Shown: piece by piece, positions 36,822 through 44,545 of the stretch
Numbering within the stretch: the first letter of the stretch is position 1
Layout: every line of letters begins with the position of its first letter
From: a bacterium
GTDB taxonomy: Bacteria; Patescibacteriota; Saccharimonadia; Saccharimonadales; SZUA-47
DNA: 50,424 bases
Reading direction: 5' to 3'
NCBI GenBank assembly: GCA_030427365.1
Contig: JAUHWW010000004.1
Location: forward strand, 1 to 50,424
Position numbers and translations under genes: made by a program
Notes under the pieces: generated by a model
Told to the model about the DNA's origin: nothing
Seen by the model: the letters and a program-made list of their open reading frames with translations, nothing else
Databases searched by the model: none

Positions 36822-38357
36822 ATGGATACAAAAGACACTTCTCAAACTAATGCCCGCCTTGGCGGTCTGATATCAGAAATTCGACAGATTCGTGGACTAA
36901 CTCAGAGTGAGTTTGCTCGTCAACTTGGCACCTCTCAATCAGCTGTTAACCGCATTGAAAAAGGCAAGCAGAACTTGTCTTTGGATATGCTTGGACGCAT
37001 TAGCGAAGTCTTGGAAAAACCCCTCATTGCTGTTGGCAATCAAGGAGTTAACCTCAAGATAGAAGGCGGGCGTGAACTCTCTGGTGAGATTACTCTTAAG
37101 ACCAGCAAAAATGCCGCCGTTGGATTGCTCTGCGCAAGCCTCCTTAACCACGGCAAGACGACGTTCAAAAATTTTCCACGTATCGAAGAAGTATTTCGTA
37201 TCATTGAAGTGCTTGAGAGCATCGGCGTCAAAGTGCGCTGGCTGCCTGGCAACGACTTAGAAATCAAGCGGCCGGTAAAACTAAAGATGGATCAGCTTGA
37301 CGGTAAAGCAGCGCGAAAAACGCGCTCAGTACTCATGATGATTGGTCCGCTGGCAAAAGAACTATCGGATTTCAAAATTCCCTACGCTGGTGGTTGTAAA
37401 TTAGGTGAACGCTCGGTCAAACCACACCTGTATGGACTCGAGGAATTCGGCGTTGATATCGTCGCCAAGGATCGCTACTACCATGTGCAGACGAACTATC
37501 AACAGCCAGAGCATCTCGTCATGTACGAATCAGGCGATACGGTTACCGAAAACGTTCTTATGGCAGCCGCATATACGCAAAAAACGACACTGCAGTTTGC
37601 GAGTGCAAACTATATGGTGCAGGACGTTTGTGGCTACCTGGAAGCACTTGGCGTGAAAATCGAGGGTCGCGGCAACACAACCATGACTATTCACGGCGTC
37701 AAAAAACAGATAAAAAAAGATATTGTGTACGCGCCGGCAGAAGATCCGATCGAAGCAATGTTCTTTGTCTCAACGGCTTTGACAACCAATTCTGAAATAA
37801 CTATCAAGCGCGTGCCGATTGATTTTATGGCACTCGAGCTCCTAAAGCTGGAAAAGATGGGTGCTCGCTTTACCATCAGCAAACGCTACAAAGCTAAGAA
37901 TGGCTTTACTGACCTGGTTGATGTGACCGTGCACAAGCATGATGGCCAACTCAAAGCGCCAACCGGAAAAGTCTATTCACGGCCTTACCCGGGTCTCAAC
38001 ATGGATAACTTGCCTTACTTCGTCCCTATTGCGGCGGTAAGCCGCGGCCGCACCCTGATCCATGACTGGTCATTTGAGAACCGCGCAATTTACTACACCG
38101 AGCTCACCAAAATCGGAGCGAATATTGACTTAGCCGATCGTCACCGCGTCTATATTTCTGGACCGACATCGTTCAGGGCAGCCGACCTTGCGTGCCCTCC
38201 AGCGCTCAGGCCAGCAAGCTTACTGCTTATTGGTATGATGGCTGCCAAAGGCACATCTATGCTGCGAAATGTCTACACGATTAACCGCGGTTATGAGGAT
38301 ATTGCCAAGCGCCTTAACTCACTCGGCGCAAATATCGAAGTGGTGCACGATCTTTAA
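36822..38357 (+). CDS. murA: XRE-HTH fused UDP-N-acetylglucosamine 1-carboxyvinyltransferase
   Basis: N-terminal HTH (LTQSEFARQLGTSQSAVNRIEKG); SKNA, GGCKLGER, DPIEA, PYPG and RGYE motifs. Confidence 0.93.
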   Translation: MDTKDTSQTNARLGGLISEIRQIRGLTQSEFARQLGTSQSAVNRIEKGKQNLSLDMLGRISEVLEKPLIAVGNQGVNLKIEGGRELSGEITLKTSKNAAVGLLCASLLNHGKTTFKNFPRIEEVFRIIEVLESIGVKVRWLPGNDLEIKRPVKLKMDQLDGKAARKTRSVLMMIGPLAKELSDFKIPYAGGCKLGERSVKPHLYGLEEFGVDIVAKDRYYHVQTNYQQPEHLVMYESGDTVTENVLMAAAYTQKTTLQFASANYMVQDVCGYLEALGVKIEGRGNTTMTIHGVKKQIKKDIVYAPAEDPIEAMFFVSTALTTNSEITIKRVPIDFMALELLKLEKMGARFTISKRYKAKNGFTDLVDVTVHKHDGQLKAPTGKVYSRPYPGLNMDNLPYFVPIAAVSRGRTLIHDWSFENRAIYYTELTKIGANIDLADRHRVYISGPTSFRAADLACPPALRPASLLLIGMMAAKGTSMLRNVYTINRGYEDIAKRLNSLGANIEVVHDL

Positions 38358-38923
38358 GCATCAGCTTGCAGGCGAGCAATAATTTCCTTGATCTGCGCTT
38401 CTATGTCTCCGGCGCCATCGACTTTGATAACGCTATATCCCTCGTTCTCAAAAGATACGTAGTCACGCGTAAATCTATCAAAGTGCTCTGACGGCACGTC
38501 GTGCCCTCCGCCCGCGGCGCGCTCTGCTACGCGCTGCTTTGCTAGTTCTGCGTCAATCTCCACCTCAACGACAAGAAGCGGCAGTGATTTACCGTGTTGC
38601 TTGGCATGATTGGTAAGATTACGAATCGTTTTCTGAAACCCATCAAGATTGGTAAACGCTTGATTCCAGATGATAATCTGATTATTTTCAATCCCCTCGT
38701 GAGCTTGCCGGCGCAAAAATCGGTATGGGTAGAATTTTTCATCAACCCCTTCAGAACGCAGCTCCTCGACCATCGTTTTGTACGACTGACTTTCATAATC
38801 AATCGCATCAGGGTCAAGGACAACGCAAGCAGCAATACCGAGTCGTTCAGCAAGAATCTCGGTAACATACGATTTGCCACTGCCTGGTATGCCGCGCACT
38901 AAAATAAGGTATGGTTTCGTCAT
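38354..38923 (-). CDS. P-loop NTPase/kinase (AAA_33 / zeta-toxin-like)
   Basis: RGIPGSGKS Walker A; RVAERAAGGGHDVP lid motif. Confidence 0.8.
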   Translation of the reverse strand: MTKPYLILVRGIPGSGKSYVTEILAERLGIAACVVLDPDAIDYESQSYKTMVEELRSEGVDEKFYPYRFLRRQAHEGIENNQIIIWNQAFTNLDGFQKTIRNLTNHAKQHGKSLPLLVVEVEIDAELAKQRVAERAAGGGHDVPSEHFDRFTRDYVSFENEGYSVIKVDGAGDIEAQIKEIIARLQADA

Positions 38924-38990
38924 AATTACCATTAAATAGTACCATTGCCTGTGCTAAAGTACCTGCTAGACTAACCAAAACGGAAGCATT

Positions 38991-40016
38991 ATGATTGAAG
39001 ACGCTTTTTTCACAGATCAAGTCGCTCGTTCTTTACTGCTCGGGATGCTCGGCTTTCTTTTAGCCATGACCCTGACGCCAATCTATACCTACTTCGCCTA
39101 CCGTTACGGATTCTGGAAGAAAAAGCGCACACATGACGCGCAAGGCAAAGAGCTAAAAGTCATGAAGAAGCTCAGCGTGCGCAAGCGGCGCGTCCCGACG
39201 ATGGCTGGCGTTATCATGCTCGTTTCTGCAGTATTTATTACGCTACTCTTCAACCTAAGTCGCGAGCAAACGTGGCTACCGCTTGCAGCACTTGTTGGCG
39301 GCGGAATAGTCGGCTTGCTTGATGACATCATCAACGTTCGCGGCGATGGCACGGGCGTGGCTGGACTGCGAGCGCCGATTAAATTCTTTATGATAACGGC
39401 CGTCGCCAGTGCAGCTGCGTGGTTTTTCTATTACAAACTTGGCTATACCACGGTTCACGTCGCATATCTCGGCGACGTGAGTTTAGGTGTGTTTATCATT
39501 CCACTCTTTATCCTTGCCGTTGTTAGTACTGGTAATGCGGTGAATATCAGTGATGGACTCGACGGGCTGGCGGGTGGTCTACTACTGACAGCATATGGCG
39601 CTTTTGGGCTCATTGCACTGCTGCAAGGTAACTACGGTATCGCTGGCTTTTGCTTCACTGTTTGCGGCACCTTGCTTAGCTACATGTGGTTCAACATCCC
39701 CCCTGCTCGCTTTTTCATGGGCGACGTTGGATCGTTTTCGCTCGGCACGGCTCTCGGCGTCGTGGCAATGCTAACGGATACGCTCGTGTTGCTGCCGATC
39801 ATCGGCTTCGTGTTCGTCGTTGAAGCCGGCTCTTCAATGTTGCAATTGCTGTCGAAGAAGTACCGAGATGGGAAAAAGATTTTCCGCGTTGCGCCTATTC
39901 ATTATCACTTTGAAGCAGGCGGCTGGCCTCGCACAAAGGTGACCATGCGTTTTTGGCTGATTGGCCTTTGCTTTGCCGTTATTGGCGTTACTGTCGCCCT
40001 CACCGGCGGCTATTGA
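38991..40016 (+). CDS. mraY: Phospho-N-acetylmuramoyl-pentapeptide transferase
   Basis: VPTMAG, GLLDD, NAVNISDGLDGL, FMGDVGS and APIHYHFE motifs. Confidence 0.96.
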   Translation: MIEDAFFTDQVARSLLLGMLGFLLAMTLTPIYTYFAYRYGFWKKKRTHDAQGKELKVMKKLSVRKRRVPTMAGVIMLVSAVFITLLFNLSREQTWLPLAALVGGGIVGLLDDIINVRGDGTGVAGLRAPIKFFMITAVASAAAWFFYYKLGYTTVHVAYLGDVSLGVFIIPLFILAVVSTGNAVNISDGLDGLAGGLLLTAYGAFGLIALLQGNYGIAGFCFTVCGTLLSYMWFNIPPARFFMGDVGSFSLGTALGVVAMLTDTLVLLPIIGFVFVVEAGSSMLQLLSKKYRDGKKIFRVAPIHYHFEAGGWPRTKVTMRFWLIGLCFAVIGVTVALTGGY

Positions 40017-41305
40017 GCAGCGATCGCTTTCTTAACCTCAGCGATTTCATCCCAAGGCTTATCACCGCCCACGCGCGGGATAGTTGTCTCATGACCTTTG
40101 CCTAGCAAGGCAACCACATCACCTTTTTTTGCAATTGATACCGCTCTCGTAATTGCTGCTTCGCGGGCTTCGATTTCTTCAACTTCCCCGCCAAAACTGG
40201 CAACTTCAGCGATACCTTTTTTGATGTCTTGATTAATATCGCTCACCTTTTCGTCATACACCGTATCTTCAGTCAGAATAATGTGATCAGCGAAAGTAGC
40301 TGCTATGCGTCCAAACGGCGCTCTAATGCTATGATCACGATTCCCGTAGCCGCCAAACACAGCGATTACCTTTCCGTCTGTATGTTTCCGTAAGTCAGAC
40401 AAAACAAGTTCAAACGCGTCTGGTGTGTGGGCAAAATCAACCAATACATGCGCGCCATTTTTGGTCTCGAAACGCTCCATCCGGCCTTTCACTCCCTCGA
40501 AAGAATCAAGTGCCTTCGTCGCCTCAGCTAACCCGATACCTTCTTGCAACGCGCAGCCTATTGCTGCCAGTGCATTCTCCACGTTGAACGTGCCTGTTAG
40601 ACGTAGTTTTGCAGGTGCAGCTTCGCCCTGATAGTGAACATTGAACGACGTGACGCCATTTTTTTCAATGATGTTCTCACCCCATACGTCTCCTGAATTG
40701 ATGCCGTAGGTCAGTCGCTGCTGCTCATCAATTGGTGCTTGCATCATCTTGCTGTGCTCGTCGCTTTCGACAAACACGCCCCAGCCACCGCGCTTGCCGA
40801 TCATTTCAAACAACCCACGTTTTGCTGCAGCGTACCGATCCATTGTCCCAAAATAATCTAAATGATCATGACTTAGGTTGGTAAAAACGCCTCCGATATA
40901 GCGAATAAAAGCCAAACGATGCTGGACGACGGCGTGCGCACTTGACTCAACTACGAGGTATTCGTCTGCAGACCTTTCGACTTCTTTTATGCGCCGGTAC
41001 AGGTTCATCGGCGTTTCGGTTGTAAGCGTTGACGTGTTGGCGTGCACTCTTCCTCCCCAAAATGCATTCGTCGTACTAAAGTAAGCTGTTTTTCTGCCGA
41101 CCTTATTGAAAATATGCCCAACCATCGCAGTAACCGTCGACTTGCCGGAAGTGCCTGTGACACCGATGATCTTCAATGTTCTTCCTGGAAAACCCAAGAC
41201 GACGTTCGCCGTCAGCGTTTCAAGGTAGTGGTACGCGTTCGCGATGCTGCGACGGGTAGACTTTGGTAGTAGCATTTTTAAAGCTTTTTTAAACTTTTTA
41301 TACAT
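40010..41305 (-). CDS. murE: UDP-MurNAc-tripeptide synthetase
   Basis: GVTGTSGKST, TTE, ESSAH, TNLSHDHLDY, VDFAHTPD and GKGHE motifs; start after TATAAT. Confidence 0.92.
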   Translation of the reverse strand: MYKKFKKALKMLLPKSTRRSIANAYHYLETLTANVVLGFPGRTLKIIGVTGTSGKSTVTAMVGHIFNKVGRKTAYFSTTNAFWGGRVHANTSTLTTETPMNLYRRIKEVERSADEYLVVESSAHAVVQHRLAFIRYIGGVFTNLSHDHLDYFGTMDRYAAAKRGLFEMIGKRGGWGVFVESDEHSKMMQAPIDEQQRLTYGINSGDVWGENIIEKNGVTSFNVHYQGEAAPAKLRLTGTFNVENALAAIGCALQEGIGLAEATKALDSFEGVKGRMERFETKNGAHVLVDFAHTPDAFELVLSDLRKHTDGKVIAVFGGYGNRDHSIRAPFGRIAATFADHIILTEDTVYDEKVSDINQDIKKGIAEVASFGGEVEEIEAREAAITRAVSIAKKGDVVALLGKGHETTIPRVGGDKPWDEIAEVKKAIAAQ

Positions 41306-41426
41306 GCCTGCCATTATACCGGTTTGTGCATTTCCGGAAACCGCAATATCTGGTATAATCAACCCCTGTTACTATCACTGTAGCTCCCCGATAAAAGAGA
41401 GCATACTTTTTTTCGGAACGAGCGAG

Positions 41427-41494
41427 AAATTTTGTTTGAGGCAAATGCCAGGCAAAAAGTATCGTCTTTGCCTGGCCTAGCACAAACAAAATTT
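41427..41494. other. Long inverted repeat upstream of tRNA-Gly
   Basis: AAATTTTGTTTG...GCCAGGCAAA / TTTGCCTGGC...CAAACAAAATTT. Confidence 0.7.
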
Positions 41495-41497
41495 TGA

Positions 41498-41572
41498 GCG
41501 GGTGTGGTATAACGTTTATTATTCCTGCCTTCCAAGCAGGCGACGCGGGTTAGACTCCCGCCACCCGCACCA
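41498..41572 (+). tRNA. tRNA-Gly(TCC) with non-canonical D/T loops
   Basis: Anticodon arm CCTGC-CTTCCAA-GCAGG; acceptor GCGGGTG/CACCCGC; CCA; T-loop TTAGACT. Confidence 0.9.
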
Positions 41573-41601
41573 CATGTTACTTGCAGTACCTTAGCTAGCA
41601 C

Positions 41602-41626
41602 GCCCTGGTAGCTCAGCGGATTAGAG
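41602..41626 (+). repeat. Exact duplicate of tRNA-Arg(TCT) nt 1-25
   Basis: GCCCTGGTAGCTCAGCGGATTAGAG is identical to 41783-41807. Confidence 0.95.
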
Positions 41627-41713
41627 TGAGGGATGCCTATGGCATGCCGCAAGGAGACTTTCCTCATCAATCTATGATTGATTGAGCGAAATCTCGGGGT
41701 CGCGGAACGTGGC
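41627..41713 (+). repeat. Three-hairpin tRNA-associated element, Arg copy (87 nt)
   Basis: TGA-GGGATGCC/GGCATGCC-GCAAG-GAGACTTTC...GAAATCTC-GGGGTCGC-GGAAC-GTGGC; tRNA sequence GCGGG resumes after it. Confidence 0.85.
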
Positions 41714-41782
41714 GCGGGTTTCCCGCTGCTCGGACCAAACCCATTCACACAATTTAACAACAAATGGTTCCTTAATTGATAC

Positions 41783-41859
41783 GCCCTGGTAGCTCAGCGG
41801 ATTAGAGCAGCGGGCTTCTATCCCGCGTGTCGGGGGTTCGACTCCCTCCCAGGGTACCA
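41783..41859 (+). tRNA. tRNA-Arg(TCT)
   Basis: Anticodon arm GCGGG-CTTCTAT-CCCGC; GGTTCGACTCC; CCA. Confidence 0.96.
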
Positions 41860-41867
41860 ATTTAGAT

Positions 41868-41943
41868 GGCGGGTGTAGTTCAACGGTTAGAACGTCGGGT
41901 TGTGGTTCCGAAGACGGGAGTTCGATTCTCCTCACTCGCCCCA
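41868..41943 (+). tRNA. tRNA-His(GTG)
   Basis: Anticodon arm TCGGG-TTGTGGT-TCCGA; encoded G-1 and C73; CCA. Confidence 0.96.
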
Positions 41944-41946
41944 AAT

Positions 41947-41977
41947 AAAATCAGCTGCAAGGCTGATTTTAATTTTT
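41947..41977 (+). terminator. Terminator after the Gly-Arg-His tRNA cluster
   Basis: AAAATCAGCT-GCA-AGGCTGATTTT-type hairpin followed by T-rich sequence. Confidence 0.7.
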
Positions 41978-42033
41978 CAATGGTTATCCACTTGTTTTCA
42001 CAGAGCTGCTTTGCGATACTAAGCACAAGAATT

Positions 42034-42519
42034 ATGAGTCAAGAAGAAATTGATATTTTCCTACAAGTCGTTGTTGCCGTCTGTATGGGTGGAATCATCG
42101 GCATCGAGCGTGAGTTGTCTAAAAAACCAGCTGGCATTCGGACGCACATGTTTGTCGCAGGAGCAGCAGCACTCGTCATGGGTATCAGCACGCTGCTTAT
42201 CCACGACTTTGCCAATGATTTTGGCTCAGTGCAGTCTGACCCTGTGCGTGTTATAGAGGCGGTTATCGTTGGCATCAGCTTTATCGGCGCAGGCACTGTA
42301 TTAAAGAGCGAGAAGTCCCATAATGTTTACTACCTCACAACGGCGGCGTCTATCCTATTTGCAGCCGCAATCGGCATCACTGTTGGCCTAGAACGCTACT
42401 GGCTTGCACTGTGTCTTACAGGGCTCGTCGTGCTCACAAACTTAGCTGTTGGAAACCTCGAGCTAAAATATCTCGGGAAAAAAGAACACCATACCGATGA
42501 TGTTCACCCGCAGAACTAG
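42034..42519 (+). CDS. MgtC/SapB family protein
   Basis: GIERE, AGIRTH, GISFIGAG and LTTAAS motifs; start at ATG 42034. Confidence 0.93.
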   Translation: MSQEEIDIFLQVVVAVCMGGIIGIERELSKKPAGIRTHMFVAGAAALVMGISTLLIHDFANDFGSVQSDPVRVIEAVIVGISFIGAGTVLKSEKSHNVYYLTTAASILFAAAIGITVGLERYWLALCLTGLVVLTNLAVGNLELKYLGKKEHHTDDVHPQN

Positions 42520-42526
42520 ATAATGC

Positions 42527-43057
42527 TTAGGTGATTATTCTTTCGAGCACAGTTCCGAGTGTGTAGGCAATAAGCGCTGCTGCAACACCGAGTCCAAGAG
42601 TTTCAAGCACAGACTTTGCCTTATCAACTCCTGTTACGACAGCTCTCAAATAGCCGATACCTGCGAATGCCGCGAGCGTTAAGAATATCGAGTATATGAG
42701 TGCATTATCGCCGAGCTGTAATTCAAACATATAATCGGCAATGTAGATGACTAGTGGGACAAACCCAATGACAACAAAGGAAATAAACGTTGCAATTGAA
42801 GCCCCGAGTGGCGACTCTTGTTCTGCGGTATCCTTACTTTTTTTTGCTTCGAGCTGCTGATCGGCTTTTTCGCTAAGATACGCGCCAACCGCCATCGAGA
42901 ACCCGTCAGCGAAAACATTTGCTAACCCCAAAATCAGTATCACTTGACTGCTAAAGTTAGCCCCGGCAGCGCCAGTCACGATCGCGAAGGTCGTCACCGC
43001 ACCATCCATGCCGCCATAAACGAACTCACGCAGGTTGCTCTCAATTCTCCCAGTCAT
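42527..43057 (-). CDS. VIT1/CCC1 family Fe/Mn transporter
   Basis: VYGGMDGAVTTF and GLANVFADGFSMAVGAYLS motifs. Confidence 0.93.
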   Translation of the reverse strand: MTGRIESNLREFVYGGMDGAVTTFAIVTGAAGANFSSQVILILGLANVFADGFSMAVGAYLSEKADQQLEAKKSKDTAEQESPLGASIATFISFVVIGFVPLVIYIADYMFELQLGDNALIYSIFLTLAAFAGIGYLRAVVTGVDKAKSVLETLGLGVAAALIAYTLGTVLERIIT

Positions 43058-43086
43058 ACCTTTTAGTATCGCAGACGATAGACGGC

Positions 43087-43740
43087 TCAGGCAAGTGAGT
43101 TTATGAATATGACGGTAAAGAGTGGCGTAAATAGGTTGTCAGACCCGTATGGTGAGCTGTTCTCAAGGACAGTCGCAACTGCTGGCAACAACACCAGCAT
43201 CGCAAGCATGTTATTTTCAATTGTTTCTTGTCCGCCGATACCCCAGGCAATAGCGATTGATACGTACACTAGAGCAATATAGGCGACAGTGCCTGCGATA
43301 CTTTTTCGGAGGTTTTTCTTGCCAAAAACGTAATAGCTGTTGCTGCCGCCCCAGAACCGTCCTACAACCGCGGCGCCGCCATCAGCAAGCGCCATTAGTA
43401 AGATAGCCAGGGTGAACACCCAGGGCTCACGCGTAAGCAACGCGCAAAAAGCCATAGAAAGGGCAAAGAACAACTCGCCGTAAGTTCGCCGCTTTACCGC
43501 GTAAATCGCGTGAATGAGGCCAGTTGTACGCGAATAAATGAGCACGTTAAATCCGACCAAACTAAGCAGGAATATCACCTCAAGCGGGATGTAGTGCGGC
43601 CAAAATGCCATCCACATGCCCGCCAAAATATGTATAAATTTGCGTGCACGCTCGCCTTTCACAACACCTTTACGCCATAGTGCTTCTGAAATTAGCAAGA
43701 CGAGGCCAACCGGCAACAAGGCAATGAGAAGTTTTAACAC
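43087..43740 (-). CDS. Polyprenol/phytol kinase-like membrane protein (CTP-dependent family)
   Basis: RKFIHI, ADGGAAVVGR, KSIAG and GSDNL motifs. Confidence 0.85.
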   Translation of the reverse strand: MLKLLIALLPVGLVLLISEALWRKGVVKGERARKFIHILAGMWMAFWPHYIPLEVIFLLSLVGFNVLIYSRTTGLIHAIYAVKRRTYGELFFALSMAFCALLTREPWVFTLAILLMALADGGAAVVGRFWGGSNSYYVFGKKNLRKSIAGTVAYIALVYVSIAIAWGIGGQETIENNMLAMLVLLPAVATVLENSSPYGSDNLFTPLFTVIFINSLA

Positions 43741-43802
43741 AATGCATCGATTATAACACTGGTAACACCAGCAGATCTGCGGTATAATCGTCTGAGTAAT
43801 TT

Positions 43803-43827
43803 CGGGGTGTAGCTCAGTTGGCTAGAG
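43803..43827 (+). repeat. Exact duplicate of tRNA-Pro nt 1-25
   Basis: CGGGGTGTAGCTCAGTTGGCTAGAG is identical to 43972-43996; both are preceded by ATTT; TATAAT at 43783. Confidence 0.95.
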
Positions 43828-43914
43828 TGAGAGCCGTCGGTGACGGGTCGCAAGGGAACCCACTCTTGAAAACTTGTTTTTCAAAGATGTGGTGACGGGG
43901 TCGCCGGAGGTGAC
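43828..43914 (+). repeat. Three-hairpin tRNA-associated element, Pro 5' copy (87 nt)
   Basis: TGA-GAGCCGTC/GACGGGTC-GCAAG-...TGAAAA-CTTG-TTTTTCA...-GGGGTCGC-CGGAG-GTGAC; tRNA sequence CGCGGTTTGG resumes at 43915. Confidence 0.88.
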
Positions 43915-43971
43915 CGCGGTTTGGCCCAAACCTGACCGAAATGTCACTAAACTAATTTACAATTTATATTT

Positions 43972-44048
43972 CGGGGTGTAGCTCAGTTGGCTAGAGTGCG
44001 CGGTTTGGGACCGTGAGGTCGGAGGTTCAAGTCCTCTCACCCCGACCA
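43972..44048 (+). tRNA. tRNA-Pro(TGG)
   Basis: Anticodon arm CGCGG-TTTGGGA-CCGTG; GGTTCAAGTCC; CCA. Confidence 0.97.
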
Positions 44049-44119
44049 AATAAAGATCCGTCCGTTTGGACGGTTTTTTATTTGGTTTCTGAGGGATGAG
44101 ATGGGCTTGAACCGTTAGG

Positions 44120-44209
44120 TGAGAAGTGCCATAAGCGCACTTCGCAAGAGAATCTTTCAGCTATGAAACTTGTTTCATGCTTGAAAGTTCTGGGCCCGCA
44201 GAATGTGGG
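44120..44209 (+). repeat. Three-hairpin element, Pro 3' copy a (90 nt)
   Basis: TGA-GAAGTGC/GCACTTC-GCAAG-AGAATCTTTCAG...TTGAAAGTTCT-GGGCCCGC-AGAAT-GTGGG; followed by an exact 21-nt tRNA-Pro 3' end (44210-44230). Confidence 0.88.
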
Positions 44210-44315
44210 CAAGTCCTCTCACCCCGACCAAAGAAAAGAGTCGTCCAAATGGACGGCTTTTTTCTTTGATTAGAGGTAGGATTTGTAGCTCAAACCTCAC
44301 GGAGTGAGTCGGAGG

Positions 44316-44413
44316 TGAGGAGTGCTGCGTCTAGCACTCCGGAAACCCGGAAGCAGATTTTGAACTTGCTTCAAAGTCTTTTGAGGGCGGGGCGGGACTC
44401 GGCTGAATCCGCC
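44316..44413 (+). repeat. Three-hairpin element, Pro 3' copy b (divergent)
   Basis: Preceded by tRNA-like GTGAGTCGGAGG; TGA-GGAGTGCT/AGCACTCC-GGAAA-...TTTGAA-CTTGC-TTCAAA...-GGGGCGGG/TCCGCC. Confidence 0.6.
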
Positions 44414-44435
44414 AGCTGGCAGATCACCGAGATCG

Positions 44436-44521
44436 TGACAAAGTCCGGTGGCATTCTGCAAGGCAATCTTCTTCATCAAACTTACTGGATTGAACGAAGT
44501 TGCGGGGTCGCTGAAAGTGAC
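44436..44521 (+). repeat. Three-hairpin element, Pro 3' copy c (86 nt)
   Basis: TGA...GCAAG-GCAATCTTC...GAAGTTGC-GGGGTCGC-TGAAA-GTGAC, followed by degenerate tRNA-Pro end CAAGTCC...CCCCGACCA (44522-44543). Confidence 0.85.
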
Positions 44522-44545
44522 CAAGTCCAGTATGCCCCGACCAAT

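Noticed and set aside
38354-38923. Zeta-toxin toxin-antitoxin module
   Set aside because: Only a generic P-loop kinase resemblance, with no adjacent antitoxin-like gene.
41602-41731. Intron-containing or split tRNA genes
   Set aside because: Removing the insert gives only a tRNA fragment lacking 2 nt and the other half. An intact gene is adjacent, and the ~87-nt inserts lack recognisable group I core or group II domain V motifs.
41866-42033. N-terminal extension of the MgtC ORF
   Set aside because: It runs through tRNA-His and its terminator; the real start is probably ATG 42034.
43803-44543. CRISPR array suggested by recurring short repeats near tRNA-Pro
   Set aside because: The repeats are tRNA fragments, the spacing is irregular, the 'spacers' are homologous to one another, and no cas genes are present.
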